Source: an uncultured Gammaproteobacteria bacterium (GTDB taxonomy: Bacteria; Patescibacteriota; Patescibacteriia; Magasanikbacterales; GWA2-37-8). Taken from it: DNA of 64,000 nucleotides. Made by a program: the position numbers and the translations under genes. Under the pieces are notes generated by a model that worked only from the letters and a program-made list of their open reading frames with translations, had not been told where the DNA came from and ran no database searches. Where the stretch lies: contig CAZUWJ010000001.1 in the NCBI GenBank assembly GCA_964624315.1, positions 21,160 to 85,159 on the forward strand. Direction: 5' to 3'. Below are positions 27,706 to 37,503 of the stretch, piece after piece. Within the stretch, counting starts at the first letter, position 1. Each line of letters starts with the position of its first letter.

Positions 27706-28146
27706 TTATTTGATCTCCCCACCGACTGCTTTTATCTTTTCTCCTACAGACTTGGTGGATCCTACCCCATCTAAAATTATTTTTTTGGTTAATTCTCCTC
27801 TCAAAACTACTTTAGCGGATTTTACAGTTTTATTTATCAATCTTTTTTCTTTTAAAGTAACCATACTAACCACTTCCCCATCTGCAAATTTCTTTTCAAT
27901 ATTGCCCAAAATTATGGTAGCTGGTTTAGTAGCTAGACTTTTAAAACCTCTGAGCTTTGGAGTTGATTGGATAATATTTTTTGCACCTTTTATTTTCAAA
28001 CCACTCTTACCACCAGAACGAGAACGCTGTCCTTTCATACCACGGGCAGAATAATTACCTTTACCAGATGCATTACCACGCCCAACTCTCTTGCTTTTTC
28101 TTTTTGAGCCTTTGGCTGGCTTAATTGTATTTGGTTGCATTATCAT
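27706..28146 (-). CDS. rplO: 50S ribosomal protein L15
   Basis: KRVGRGNASGKGNYSARGMKGQRSRSGG signature. Confidence 0.9.
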   Translation of the reverse strand: MIMQPNTIKPAKGSKRKSKRVGRGNASGKGNYSARGMKGQRSRSGGKSGLKIKGAKNIIQSTPKLRGFKSLATKPATIILGNIEKKFADGEVVSMVTLKEKRLINKTVKSAKVVLRGELTKKIILDGVGSTKSVGEKIKAVGGEIK

Positions 28147-28151
28147 ATTTT

Positions 28152-28880
28152 TTATTTTTTATCCACCACAGCTTTAGTGACGGCGGGATCTTCTTTTTTG
28201 TCCACTACAGCTTTCTCGACCGCTACAACTTTTTTAACCGCAGTAACTTTAGCGGGGGAGGTAGCAGGGACAGTAGCAGGCTCTCTTTTAACAAATTTTT
28301 TGAAAGGGGCTTTTCTATCACTAGGCTTATAACTTTTCTTAAAAGCCGGTCTTGCATTTTCTTCTTTTTTTAATGGAGGTCTTTTTGTTTTCTTTACTAA
28401 TTCTTCATAATTTTTAAAAGATTGCAAAGCTTTCAAAGTAGCTCTAGCAATGGAAATTTTATTTTTTGTTTTACCTAAAATTTTTGCAGAAACATTAGGT
28501 ACACCAGCTAATTCTAAAATAACACGAACAGAACCACCGGCAATAACTCCAGAACCAGTCGGGGCTGGTTTTAATAAAATTTTTGCAGCTTTAAATTTAG
28601 TTTCAACAACATGAGGAATAGTATCCTTCATTACTGGAACATGAATTATATTTTTCTTAGCTTGTTTAACAGCTTTATCAACGGCTATTTGAACATCTTT
28701 ACCTTTTGATAAACCCATGCCGACACGACCATTTTTATCACCCAAAACAACACAAGCTCTAAAACTCAACTGTTTACCACCTTTGGTAACACGAGTTACA
28801 CGAGCTAAATCTAAAATCTGGCGATTAAATTCTTCGCGTTCTTTATTACGGTTATTACTTCTGCGTGGATTTTTTTTCAT
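28152..28880 (-). CDS. rpsE: 30S ribosomal protein S5 with roughly 90-aa K/A/V-rich C-terminal extension
   Basis: S5 dsRBD plus C-terminal domain (VTRVTKGGKQLSFRACVVLGD ... GSGVIAGG). Directly followed by rplO with no rpmD (L30) between them. Confidence 0.9.
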   Translation of the reverse strand: MKKNPRRSNNRNKEREEFNRQILDLARVTRVTKGGKQLSFRACVVLGDKNGRVGMGLSKGKDVQIAVDKAVKQAKKNIIHVPVMKDTIPHVVETKFKAAKILLKPAPTGSGVIAGGSVRVILELAGVPNVSAKILGKTKNKISIARATLKALQSFKNYEELVKKTKRPPLKKEENARPAFKKSYKPSDRKAPFKKFVKREPATVPATSPAKVTAVKKVVAVEKAVVDKKEDPAVTKAVVDKK

Positions 28881-28904
28881 AAAAACAATTGTTTAACAAA
28901 AATT

Positions 28905-29276
28905 TTAAATTTTTAAACCATTTTCTTTGGCACCATCAGCCACTGCTTTCACTCTACCGTGGAATTGATAACCACCTCTATCAAAAACAGCTTGTTCTAT
29001 CTTTTTTTCTTTAGCTTTTTCAGCTAATAATTTTCCAACTAAATAAGCTTTAGCTACTTTACCATTTAGGCTATCAGTTTTATCTTCTTTTATTTCTTTG
29101 GTATTAACAGCACATAATGTTTTACCACTAATATCATCTATTAACTGTACATTAAGACTACACAAACCTCTAAAAACAGACAAACGAGGGACGGTAGCTG
29201 TGCCTTTTAATCTCTTTCTAATCCTAGTATGTCTTAACTGTCTATTTTTATTTTTTGAATCTATTTTTCTTTTCAT
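28905..29276 (-). CDS. rplR: 50S ribosomal protein L18
   Basis: RLSVFRGLCSLNVQLIDD ... FDRGGYQFHGRVKA. Confidence 0.9.
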   Translation of the reverse strand: MKRKIDSKNKNRQLRHTRIRKRLKGTATVPRLSVFRGLCSLNVQLIDDISGKTLCAVNTKEIKEDKTDSLNGKVAKAYLVGKLLAEKAKEKKIEQAVFDRGGYQFHGRVKAVADGAKENGLKI

Positions 29277-29287
29277 ATTTTTAAATT

Positions 29288-29830
29288 TTATGCGGAAGCG
29301 GCAGTTTTACCAGCTTTACGACGTATAATTTCATCAGTATATTTAATACCTTTACCTTTGTAAGGTTCTGGTTTTCTAATTGATCTAATATTAGCAGCTA
29401 CTTCACCCACTACTTGCTTATCAATACCTTCAATAGTAACAACATTCTTTTCAACTGTAAAAGTTATATCTGGAACAACTTTAACATCTACTGGATGAGA
29501 ATAACCGGCTTCTACTTTTAAATCTTTACCATTCAAAGTAATTTTATAACCAACTCCGTTTATCTCTAGCTGTTTTTTAAAACCTTCAGTAACTCCGATT
29601 ATCATGTTTTGCAAAAGGCTAGAATATGTTCCCCACAAAGCACGCTCTGTCTTATCGGTTTCTTTTTTAACAACAACTTTAGCCTCTTGTCCATTTATAT
29701 CTATACTAACAAGAGAATTTAATTTTTGTTTTAATTCACCTTTTGGGCCTTTAACAATCAAAACACCATCTTTTACTTCCAAAGTAACTCCAGCAGGGAT
29801 TTGTCTAATTGTTTTTCCTATACGTGACAT
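29288..29830 (-). CDS. rplF: 50S ribosomal protein L6
   Basis: Two-domain L6: MSRIGKTIRQIPAGVT ... GYSHPV ... PEPYKGKGI. Confidence 0.9.
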   Translation of the reverse strand: MSRIGKTIRQIPAGVTLEVKDGVLIVKGPKGELKQKLNSLVSIDINGQEAKVVVKKETDKTERALWGTYSSLLQNMIIGVTEGFKKQLEINGVGYKITLNGKDLKVEAGYSHPVDVKVVPDITFTVEKNVVTIEGIDKQVVGEVAANIRSIRKPEPYKGKGIKYTDEIIRRKAGKTAASA

Positions 29831-29844
29831 AATTTATAAATTAA

Positions 29845-30234
29845 TTACCAAACTTCACAGATTAACTCTCCACCCAGTTGTTGTTTGCGAGCATCTCTGG
29901 TGGTCATAACACCTTTTGGAGTAGAAATTATAGCCATACCATAGCCATTTAAAACTCTTTCAATATCTTTGGCTTTTATATAACGACGATGGCCTGGCTT
30001 ACTTATTCTTTTAAGACTAGTAATGGTTGAACTTTTTCCTTTGTATCTCAAAACCACCTGCAAATCAGCATGTTTGCCTTCAATTTTGCTTATCTCTCCG
30101 ATATAACCTTCTTTGGCTAAAATATCTAAAATAGATTTTTTAGTTTTAGAATAAGGAATAACCACTTCTTTTTTGTGGGCCATAAAGGCATTTCGGATTC
30201 TGGTTAACATGTCAGCTATTGGGTCTGTCATCAT
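29845..30234 (-). CDS. rpsH: 30S ribosomal protein S8
   Basis: MTDPIADMLTRIRNA ... STPKGVMT. Confidence 0.9.
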   Translation of the reverse strand: MMTDPIADMLTRIRNAFMAHKKEVVIPYSKTKKSILDILAKEGYIGEISKIEGKHADLQVVLRYKGKSSTITSLKRISKPGHRRYIKAKDIERVLNGYGMAIISTPKGVMTTRDARKQQLGGELICEVW

Positions 30235-30302
30235 AGGTGTTTATTATTTTGTTTATTATTTTTTATTATTTTTAAATAGTTTATCAATGCGCCTTAAATG
30301 AA

Positions 30303-30488
30303 CTACCAACTGGATTTTCTTACTCCAGGGATTTTACCATCATTGGCAAGCTCTCTAAAACAGATACGGCATAAACCGAATTTTCTCATAAATCCTCGTT
30401 TGCGACCACACTTCCAACAACGTCTAACAATTCTGGTAGAGTATTTTGGTGTTTTCTTTGATTTTGCTATTTGTGCTTTAGTAGCCAT
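30303..30488 (-). CDS. rpsZ: 30S ribosomal protein S14 type Z (zinc-binding)
   Basis: 61 aa with [10 protein letters not shown] ... CRICFRE, the C-x2-C ... C-x2-C pattern. Confidence 0.9.
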   Translation of the reverse strand: MATKAQIAKSKKTPKYSTRIVRRCWKCGRKRGFMRKFGLCRICFRELANDGKIPGVRKSSW

Positions 30489-30497
30489 AATAAATAC

Positions 30498-31040
30498 TTA
30501 TTTTACAAATGGGAAACCTAATTTTTTAAGCAAAGCTTTAGCTTCTTCTTTATTTTTTGCATTAGTGCTAATAACTACTTCTAAACCATGTATTTTATCT
30601 ATCTCATCAGCTTTCACTTCTGGAAAAGATAAATTTTCTCTGAAACCATAAGAAAAATTACCTTGTCTATCAAAACCCTTGTCAGTTATTCCTCTAAAAT
30701 CACGAATACGAGGGTAAGCAATTTTCACTAATTTTTCTAAAAAATCATACATTCTCTTCCCGCGTAAGGTAACTTTTACACCCACATCCATACCTTCTCT
30801 TAGCTTAAAATTTGAAATAGCTTTTTTAGCTTTAGTTCTAACTGTTTTTTGACCAGTAATTTTTTGTAAAGTTTTTTCTACTGTTTCAATAAAATTAGCT
30901 TCTTTTGCCATTTTACCAACACCAGAATTAACAGTCACTTTTAAAATCTTTGGTACTTGCATTACATTCTTATAACCAAATTCTTCTTTTAAGGCTGATA
31001 CTACTTCTTTTTTATATTGTTTATATAAATTATTTTCCAT
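30498..31040 (-). CDS. rplE: 50S ribosomal protein L5
   Basis: L5 signature NVMQVPKILKVTVNSGVG ... GMDVGVKVTLRG. Confidence 0.9.
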   Translation of the reverse strand: MENNLYKQYKKEVVSALKEEFGYKNVMQVPKILKVTVNSGVGKMAKEANFIETVEKTLQKITGQKTVRTKAKKAISNFKLREGMDVGVKVTLRGKRMYDFLEKLVKIAYPRIRDFRGITDKGFDRQGNFSYGFRENLSFPEVKADEIDKIHGLEVVISTNAKNKEEAKALLKKLGFPFVK

Positions 31041-31044
31041 ATTA

Positions 31045-31353
31045 TTAGTCTATTACTTCTTTACATTTACCACAAACTCTTTTTTTATCTTCACCTTCTT
31101 TTTTAAAACCAATTCTAGCTGGCACCCCACATTTTGGGCAAACAAGCATTACATTACTAATATTAATTGGTGCTGACAATTCAATAATTTGTCCTTTTTC
31201 CCCAGCTTTTGAAGCACGTAAATGTTTCTTCATGATATTTAAACCTTCAACAACCACTCTATCAATTTTTGGGAAAACCTGAATAACCTTTCCAGTTTTA
31301 CCTGCATCTTTACCAGTTGTAACTTTTACTTTATCATTTGTTTTGATTTTCAT
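31045..31353 (-). CDS. rplX: 50S ribosomal protein L24 with C-terminal CxxC ... CxxC zinc-ribbon tail
   Basis: KOW motif KVKVTTGKDAGKTGKV, then CPKCGVPARIGFK ... CGKCKE. Confidence 0.85.
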   Translation of the reverse strand: MKIKTNDKVKVTTGKDAGKTGKVIQVFPKIDRVVVEGLNIMKKHLRASKAGEKGQIIELSAPINISNVMLVCPKCGVPARIGFKKEGEDKKRVCGKCKEVID

Positions 31354-31368
31354 AAAACTATATTTATT

Positions 31369-31740
31369 TTACAAAACTTCTGGAGCCAAAGAAACTATCT
31401 TTTGAAAACCTTTAACTCTTAATTCTCTGGCAACAGGCCCAAAAATACGTGTACCTTTAGGCTCTTTTGTCTTACGATCAATAATCACAGCTGCATTTTC
31501 ATCAAATCTTACATAAGTTCCATCTTTTCTACCAATTTCTTTTTTTTGTCTAACTATAACAGCATGTATTACTTCACCTTTTTTAACTTGCCCACGAGGA
31601 GCAGCTTCTTTTACAGCACAAGTAACAACATCGCCTATTCTAGCATAGCGTTTTTTATAACCTCCAAGTACCCTAATACACTGCAATTTTTTTGCACCAC
31701 TGTTATCGGCTACTTTTATCATTGAACGATGTTGTATCAT
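31369..31740 (-). CDS. rplN: 50S ribosomal protein L14
   Basis: [18 protein letters not shown] ... full-length L14. Confidence 0.9.
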   Translation of the reverse strand: MIQHRSMIKVADNSGAKKLQCIRVLGGYKKRYARIGDVVTCAVKEAAPRGQVKKGEVIHAVIVRQKKEIGRKDGTYVRFDENAAVIIDRKTKEPKGTRIFGPVARELRVKGFQKIVSLAPEVL

Positions 31741-31763
31741 ATTAACAATTTACTATACAATAA

Positions 31764-32018
31764 TTATTTTGACAAAACTTTAGTTAAATACCATTTTTTT
31801 GTTTTTGAAAGAGGACGACATTCAGTAAATTCTACCATATCACCAACTTTGGCTATTCCCTTTTCATCATGAACATGATATTTATGACTAACTTTGATAG
31901 CTTTTTGGTATTTTTTAATAGGCTTCATCCTATTAACATTAACAGTAATAGTCTTTTCCATTAAAGTTGAAATTACTTCACCTGTGAATACTCTTTTAAT
32001 TATTTTACTATTTTCCAT
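31764..32018 (-). CDS. rpsQ: 30S ribosomal protein S17
   Basis: OB-fold S17 with GDMVEFTECRPLSKTKKWYL. Confidence 0.9.
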   Translation of the reverse strand: MENSKIIKRVFTGEVISTLMEKTITVNVNRMKPIKKYQKAIKVSHKYHVHDEKGIAKVGDMVEFTECRPLSKTKKWYLTKVLSK

Positions 32019-32028
32019 AAAATTATAC

Positions 32029-32235
32029 TTATTTGCTTTCTTTCAAAGCAGTTAAGACTCTTGAAATATCTCTTTTTATTTGCTTTATTTTATGCACCTG
32101 TTTCAACTGGTGACTAAAAGCACTAAAACGTAAATTCCTCAACCCTTCTCTTTTTTCCAAAAGCATTTCATTTAAATCTTTCTTTGTTTTATTTTTTAAA
32201 TCAATGTAATCCATATATTTAATTCTTTTCTGCAA
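32029..32235 (-). CDS. rpmC: 50S ribosomal protein L29
   Basis: 68-aa helical protein between rplP and rpsQ. Has the LRFSAFSHQL motif. Confidence 0.8.
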   Translation of the reverse strand: MQKRIKYMDYIDLKNKTKKDLNEMLLEKREGLRNLRFSAFSHQLKQVHKIKQIKRDISRVLTALKESK

Positions 32236-32632
32236 AAGTTGCTTTAACGCTCAATTTATAACCAGCTAATTTAATAGCTTCTTGAGCAGTTTTTTTATCA
32301 ATGCCTGATAGTTCAAACAACACTGTACCTGGTTTCACAACACAGACATAGTGATCCGGTGCACCCTTACCAGAACCCATAGGGGTTTCATTACCTTTTT
32401 TTGTTACTGGTTTATCAGGAAAAATTCTAATCCACATCTTACCTGTTTTACGAACATAACGAGTCAAAACACGACGAGTAGCTTCTATTTCTCTACTACT
32501 AAGCCAACCATAACCAAGACTTTTAATAGCAAATTCACCAAAAGATACTTTGTTAGCACGGGTAGCCACGCCTTTTTGGCGACGACGTCCTTTGTGCCAT
32601 TTTCTGTGTTTTACTTTCTTAGGTAACAACAT
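32219..32632 (-). CDS. rplP: 50S ribosomal protein L16
   Basis: MLLPKKVKHRKWHKGRRR ... MGSGKGAP. Confidence 0.9.
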   Translation of the reverse strand: MLLPKKVKHRKWHKGRRRQKGVATRANKVSFGEFAIKSLGYGWLSSREIEATRRVLTRYVRKTGKMWIRIFPDKPVTKKGNETPMGSGKGAPDHYVCVVKPGTVLFELSGIDKKTAQEAIKLAGYKLSVKATFAEKN

Positions 32633-32637
32633 ATTGA

Positions 32638-33309
32638 TTATTTATTCTCTTCTTTTTTAAATTTTTCTTTTCTGCCAAAAGTTTCACCATGATAAACCCA
32701 AACTTTAACACCAATCTTACCAAAAATAGTTTGAGCTTCTACAAAAGCATAGTCCACATCACTACGTAAAGTGATTAAGGACATTTTACCAGCACTTAAT
32801 TTTTCAGTTCTGGCAATCTCAACTCCATTTAAACGACCAGCCATACAAATCTTCACTCCTTTAGCACCAGCATTCATAACTCTATCAATAGCTTGTTTCA
32901 TTACTCTTCTAAACGGAATACGTCTTTCTATCTCTAAAGCAGTAGTTGTAGCTATAACTTTAGCAGACAAAGCTGGCTGTTTTAAAGCCTGAACATTCAT
33001 TCTCACTTTTATTTTAAACTGTAAAATATTTTTCTCAATGTGTTTTCTTAATTCTTCCAAACCTTGACCATTACGTCCAATAATCATACCTGGTTTAGCA
33101 GCTAAAATAGTAATTGACACATCCCTCAAAGTTCTTTCAATACCAATAGCATCAATACCAGATTCTTTTAATTTTTTTTCTAAATATTCACGTATTTTAA
33201 TATCTTGCTCTAATAACAAAGCTCCTTTGTTCTTTTTGGCGAACCATTTTGAATCCCAAGTAAAAACTATAGGAGTTCTGTAAATTTTAGGATGTACTTT
33301 ATGACCCAT
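32638..33309 (-). CDS. rpsC: 30S ribosomal protein S3
   Basis: MGHKVHPKIYR plus KH and C-terminal domains. Confidence 0.9.
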   Translation of the reverse strand: MGHKVHPKIYRTPIVFTWDSKWFAKKNKGALLLEQDIKIREYLEKKLKESGIDAIGIERTLRDVSITILAAKPGMIIGRNGQGLEELRKHIEKNILQFKIKVRMNVQALKQPALSAKVIATTTALEIERRIPFRRVMKQAIDRVMNAGAKGVKICMAGRLNGVEIARTEKLSAGKMSLITLRSDVDYAFVEAQTIFGKIGVKVWVYHGETFGRKEKFKKEENK

Positions 33310-33318
33310 AAAATTATG

Positions 33319-33783
33319 TTATTTCTTATCTTCTTTTTTAGTAGTTTTTTTAACAGCTTCTTTCTTCTCTGGATCTTTATCTTTTTTAACAGGCTCTTCC
33401 TTTTCTGAGGCTTTTTCTTTTTTAACAGCCTTTTTCTTCTCTGGAGCTTCTCCTAATAGAAAAATATTAATATGAGAAGTTCTTTTTCTTATACTAGTAG
33501 CTCTACCCTGAGCACGTGGCATCCATCTTTTTAAAATCGGGCCTTCGTCAACTGTAATTTTTGTAATTACCAAATCTTCTTTTTTCATTTCATAGTTATG
33601 TTCAGCATTAGCAATAGCTGATAACATTAATTTCAAAACTGGACGAGCGGCTTTTTTATTTAAAACACGCAAAATATTTTCAGATTCGACTACTTGTCTG
33701 CCTCTAATTAAATCAGCAACCAAACGAACCTTACGTGGGCCTATTCTTAAAAATCTTAATTTTGCTTTTACTTCTTGTTGCAT
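33319..33783 (-). CDS. rplV: 50S ribosomal protein L22 with K/E-rich C-terminal extension
   Basis: L22 core ([17 protein letters not shown] ... ) plus roughly 45-aa [10 protein letters not shown] tail. Confidence 0.85.
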   Translation of the reverse strand: MQQEVKAKLRFLRIGPRKVRLVADLIRGRQVVESENILRVLNKKAARPVLKLMLSAIANAEHNYEMKKEDLVITKITVDEGPILKRWMPRAQGRATSIRKRTSHINIFLLGEAPEKKKAVKKEKASEKEEPVKKDKDPEKKEAVKKTTKKEDKK

Positions 33784-33788
33784 ATTGA

Positions 33789-34076
33789 TTATTTACCTTT
33801 AGCTTGAACCTTAGCCATTCTACCACCATGACTTACAAATTTACGAGTAGGTGAAAATTCTCCTAAACGATGGCCTACCATATTTTCTTCTACATAGACA
33901 GAAATAAAATCCCTACCATTGTGTACTAAAAAAGTAACACCAACCATCTCAGGAGAAATAACACAAGCACGAGACCAAGTTTTGATCGGAGTTTTTTTAC
34001 CTTCGACCTTAGCTTTTTCTACTTTTTGTAATATTCTCGGGTCAACGTAAGGACCTTTTTTAAGACTTCTACTCAT
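33789..34076 (-). CDS. rpsS: 30S ribosomal protein S19
   Basis: [12 protein letters not shown] ... [11 protein letters not shown] ... [13 protein letters not shown]. Confidence 0.9.
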   Translation of the reverse strand: MSRSLKKGPYVDPRILQKVEKAKVEGKKTPIKTWSRACVISPEMVGVTFLVHNGRDFISVYVEENMVGHRLGEFSPTRKFVSHGGRMAKVQAKGK

Positions 34077-34085
34077 ATTTTTATT

Positions 34086-34934
34086 TTATTTTCTCTTTTT
34101 AGTTCTTTTTTGGATAATTAATTTTCCAGTCCATTTCTTTTTATTTCTAGTCTTTACACCCAAAGCTGTCTTGCCATAAATATTTTGTGGACCACGTTTC
34201 TGACCAATCGGACTATGACCTTCACCACCACCATGAGGATGATCACAAGGGTTCATATTCTTACCTTTAACAGTCGGACGAACACCCATAAGTCTCTTTC
34301 TACCAGCCTTGCCCCAACGAATCAATCTATAATCAGCGTTACCAACAGTACCAACAGAGGCCATATTAGACTTTAGAATTGAACGTATTTCTCCTGAGGG
34401 CAATTTTATTTGAGCATATTTTCCTTCAATACCTAATAATTGAGCTCCAACACCGGCTCCACGAGCCAACTGACCACCTTTACCAGGAGATACTTCTATG
34501 CTGTAAATCAATAAACCAACTGGAATATTTTCTAAAGGCATACGAGCAGCAGTAGTAGCTTCTATCTTATTTTTAGAAGACATTACTTTATCTCCTACTT
34601 TTAAGCCTTGCGGACATAAAATATAGGATTTAGTTCCATCAGCATACTCAATCAAAGCAACTCTTGGACCACGATTCGGATCATATTCTATTGCTGTCAC
34701 TTCTGCTTCTTCATCCAGTTTGGCAACTCTCTTAAAATCAACTACCCTGTAATATCTTTTAACTCCACCACCTTTATGCCTAACTGTTATTTTACCTTGA
34801 TTATTTCTACCTGATTTTATTTTTATAATTTTAACCAAACTTTTTTCCGGTTCTGTTTTTGTAATATCATCAAAAGCGTCAACACTTGATTTGCGACGTC
34901 CCGGAGTTGTTGGTTTATAAACTTTAATAGCCAT
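34086..34934 (-). CDS. rplB: 50S ribosomal protein L2
   Basis: SGRNNQGKITVRHKGGG ... CDHPHGGGEG. Confidence 0.9.
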   Translation of the reverse strand: MAIKVYKPTTPGRRKSSVDAFDDITKTEPEKSLVKIIKIKSGRNNQGKITVRHKGGGVKRYYRVVDFKRVAKLDEEAEVTAIEYDPNRGPRVALIEYADGTKSYILCPQGLKVGDKVMSSKNKIEATTAARMPLENIPVGLLIYSIEVSPGKGGQLARGAGVGAQLLGIEGKYAQIKLPSGEIRSILKSNMASVGTVGNADYRLIRWGKAGRKRLMGVRPTVKGKNMNPCDHPHGGGEGHSPIGQKRGPQNIYGKTALGVKTRNKKKWTGKLIIQKRTKKRK

Positions 34935-34942
34935 ATTTGAAA

Positions 34943-35350
34943 TTAAACGCCTTCATGAATAGTAATGGTCTTGCCTTTTGGTAATGTTACAATAGCCTTT
35001 TTATAAGCTGACCTACGGCCACTCAACTTACCATATCTTTTTTTCTTTCCTTCAACATTAACAGTTCTAATATTAATCGTTTTCACTCCGTAAGTTTCTA
35101 AAATAGCTTTTTTAACATCTGTTTTGCTAGCCTTAATTGAAACAATAAAACTATATTTATTTTGTGATTCTGCAGTAGCGCTCTTTTCAGTAACTAAAGG
35201 ACGAACTAAAACTTTATAAGAGATATTACCACCTTTTACATTTTTAGTTTTAGAAACTGTTTTTACTTCCTTTTCATCAGTTGCTTTAACTGCTTTCTTT
35301 TCTTCTACAGCTTTATCTTTATTTTTTTTTATTTTTCCTAGCAAACCCAT
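34943..35350 (-). CDS. rplW: 50S ribosomal protein L23 with K-rich N-terminal extension
   Basis: L23 core VLVRPLVTEKSA ... KKKRYGK preceded by a roughly 40-aa K/E-rich segment. Confidence 0.8.
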   Translation of the reverse strand: MGLLGKIKKNKDKAVEEKKAVKATDEKEVKTVSKTKNVKGGNISYKVLVRPLVTEKSATAESQNKYSFIVSIKASKTDVKKAILETYGVKTINIRTVNVEGKKKRYGKLSGRRSAYKKAIVTLPKGKTITIHEGV

Positions 35351-35351
35351 A

Positions 35352-35981
35352 TTATTTACTTAAGTTTTCTTCTAATTTATTAACACCCTCTTTAGAAATA
35401 ATCACACCTTGATTATTCAAAAGATCCATTAAATTTACATCTTCTGCTCTAACAGTCTTAATCTGTTGTAAATTATTAGTCATTTTTAAAACTTTATCAT
35501 CTTTGCCTTCAGTTAAAACTATAAATCTTTTATTTTTAGCTGGCAAATCTTTTAAAAATTTATCAAATGCTTTTGTTTTTTGTTCAGAAAAATCAAAGTT
35601 GTCTATTACCCAGAAAGCTTCATGAGTAACTTTATCAGACAAACACATCTTGATGGCTGCCTTTTTCATTTTTTTATTGATTTTATCTTTATAATTTCTA
35701 AGATTCAAAGGGCCAAAAGTGACACCGCCGCCTACCCACAAAGGTGAACGAATAGAACCATGACGAGCACGGCCAGTACCTTTTTGTTTCCAAGGTTTCT
35801 TACCACCGCCTCTAACCTCACTTTTATCTTTTGAGTGAGCCCATGGTTGTCTTTGGTTATTAGTTAAAGAAATAAACACTTGATGTACTACTTCAGGTTT
35901 AATTTCAACAGCAAAAACTTCGTCTTTCAAATCAATCTCGCCTGTTTCTTTGCCTAATAAATTATAAACTTTAGTTTTCAT
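35352..35981 (-). CDS. rplD: 50S ribosomal protein L4
   Basis: L4/L1e signature. Start taken at the internal Met (MKTKVYNL ...) 4 bp after the rplC stop, rather than the track start 36047 that overlaps rplC. Confidence 0.8.
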   Translation of the reverse strand: MKTKVYNLLGKETGEIDLKDEVFAVEIKPEVVHQVFISLTNNQRQPWAHSKDKSEVRGGGKKPWKQKGTGRARHGSIRSPLWVGGGVTFGPLNLRNYKDKINKKMKKAAIKMCLSDKVTHEAFWVIDNFDFSEQKTKAFDKFLKDLPAKNKRFIVLTEGKDDKVLKMTNNLQQIKTVRAEDVNLMDLLNNQGVIISKEGVNKLEENLSK

Positions 35982-35985
35982 AAAA

Positions 35986-36807
35986 TTATTTACTTTCTTC
36001 AACTGCCTCAGCCTTAGCTTCAGCTGGTTTTTCTGCCACAACTTCATCAGAAGCAGGGACTTTTTCTTCTTCTTTTTTTACCCCAGTACTAGACTCTTTG
36101 CCAGCTGGCAAATCGTCAGTGCGGGACTTCGCTTCGCTCGCTTCCTGTTTTTCTTGTTTAATTTTCAAATCGCCTTCAGCAAAAATTTCTAAATATCCTT
36201 GTTTTGCACCTGGAACAGCTCCTCTAACATACAAGGCATTATCTTCAAAATCGATTTTTATAATTTCTAAATTTTTAACAGTAACTTGATCACCACCCAT
36301 ACGTCCGCCCATTTTCATACCTTTGAAAACTTTTTGTGGACCAGTAGCACCAATTGAACCAGGCATTCTATTTTGATGTTTTTGACCATGTGATGCTGGG
36401 CCACATTTAAAATTATAACGTTTCATAACACCAGCAAAGCCTTTTCCTTTTGAAACACCAGTAATAGCGATCTTTTCACCCTCAACAAAAGCACTCAAAT
36501 CTACATAATCACCCTTTTTAAAACTATCAGTTTTTTCAACTTTAAATTCTCTTAATCTTCTAACTGGTTCCAAATCTTTCAAATGTCCTGATTTTGGTTT
36601 GTTTAAACGAAAACTTTTGGTTTTTCCGAAACCAACTTGAAGGGCATTATCTTTAATTTGTGTTATTTGACACGGACCAGCTTGAACTTTGGTAACAGCA
36701 ACTGCTTCACCATTATCTTTGAAGATCTGTGTCATGCCTAATTTTTTACCTAAAATAAATTTCATATTTTTTGCCATTGGTCCAATAGGACTTAACTTTT
36801 TTAACAA
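35986..36807 (-). CDS. rplC: 50S ribosomal protein L3 with roughly 70-aa acidic/K-rich C-terminal extension
   Basis: L3 core KKLGMTQIF ... FKCGPASHGQKHQNRMPGSIG. True start is probably an internal Met (about 36765-36777). The C-terminal tail carries the repeat shared with rpsA. Confidence 0.85.
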   Translation of the reverse strand: MLKKLSPIGPMAKNMKFILGKKLGMTQIFKDNGEAVAVTKVQAGPCQITQIKDNALQVGFGKTKSFRLNKPKSGHLKDLEPVRRLREFKVEKTDSFKKGDYVDLSAFVEGEKIAITGVSKGKGFAGVMKRYNFKCGPASHGQKHQNRMPGSIGATGPQKVFKGMKMGGRMGGDQVTVKNLEIIKIDFEDNALYVRGAVPGAKQGYLEIFAEGDLKIKQEKQEASEAKSRTDDLPAGKESSTGVKKEEEKVPASDEVVAEKPAEAKAEAVEESK

Positions 36808-37083
36808 AAAAACTAGAAGCAGTAGAATAAAATATTAGTCTCTTGCTTCTAGCCTTTTTGACGATTAATCAAAATTGGCTTATTACTTTTAAATTTCAAT
36901 AGTTTTCTCCTAAATTATTTTTCGCTTCGTACAAATGTTTTCCTACCGTTAACTAACGGGTTATGGATCTTATTTGTCAAGCAATAATAACCTTTTTTTA
37001 AAGTGCCCTAATTATAACAGAAAATAAATATACTGTCAATACTCTAAACAATGGAATTGTCCACTGTTTATTAACTTTTCAAT

Positions 37084-37431
37084 TTACATTTTTATTTCGA
37101 CATCTACGCCAGCTGGTAAACTCAAATTCATCAACGCATCAACACATTTAGGAGTAGCTTCTACAATATCTATCAATCTTTTATGGGTACGTATTTCAAA
37201 TTGTTCACGAGCAGTTTTGTGTACAAAAGTTGAACGATTAACAGTAACTTTGTTCTTTTCAGTTGGCAAAGGTACTGGACCGACTACTTTAGCACCATTT
37301 CTCAAAGCAGTGTCAATAATAGTTTTGGTAGCTTGATCAATAATACGGTTATCGTATGCTCTAATTTTAATTCTAATACGTGTACCTTCTCCTTCTTTTT
37401 CTTTTTCTTTTTTGTTATTTTCTACTGTCAT
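37084..37431 (-). CDS. rpsJ: 30S ribosomal protein S10
   Basis: [15 protein letters not shown] ... S10 core with short N-terminal K/E extension. Confidence 0.85.
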   Translation of the reverse strand: MTVENNKKEKEKEGEGTRIRIKIRAYDNRIIDQATKTIIDTALRNGAKVVGPVPLPTEKNKVTVNRSTFVHKTAREQFEIRTHKRLIDIVEATPKCVDALMNLSLPAGVDVEIKM

Positions 37432-37503
37432 AGTGATTAAAGAACTTTATTAAATATCTCTGCCCCACCCGCCGTGGCGGACAGGGCAGATATATTTTTA
37501 GAT

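Noticed and set aside
35982-36047. Upstream extension of rplD overlapping the rplC 3' end by 62 bp
   Set aside because: An internal Met (MKTKVYNL ...) 4 bp after the rplC stop gives a conventional L4 N-terminus. The extension would read through the rplC repeat region in another frame.
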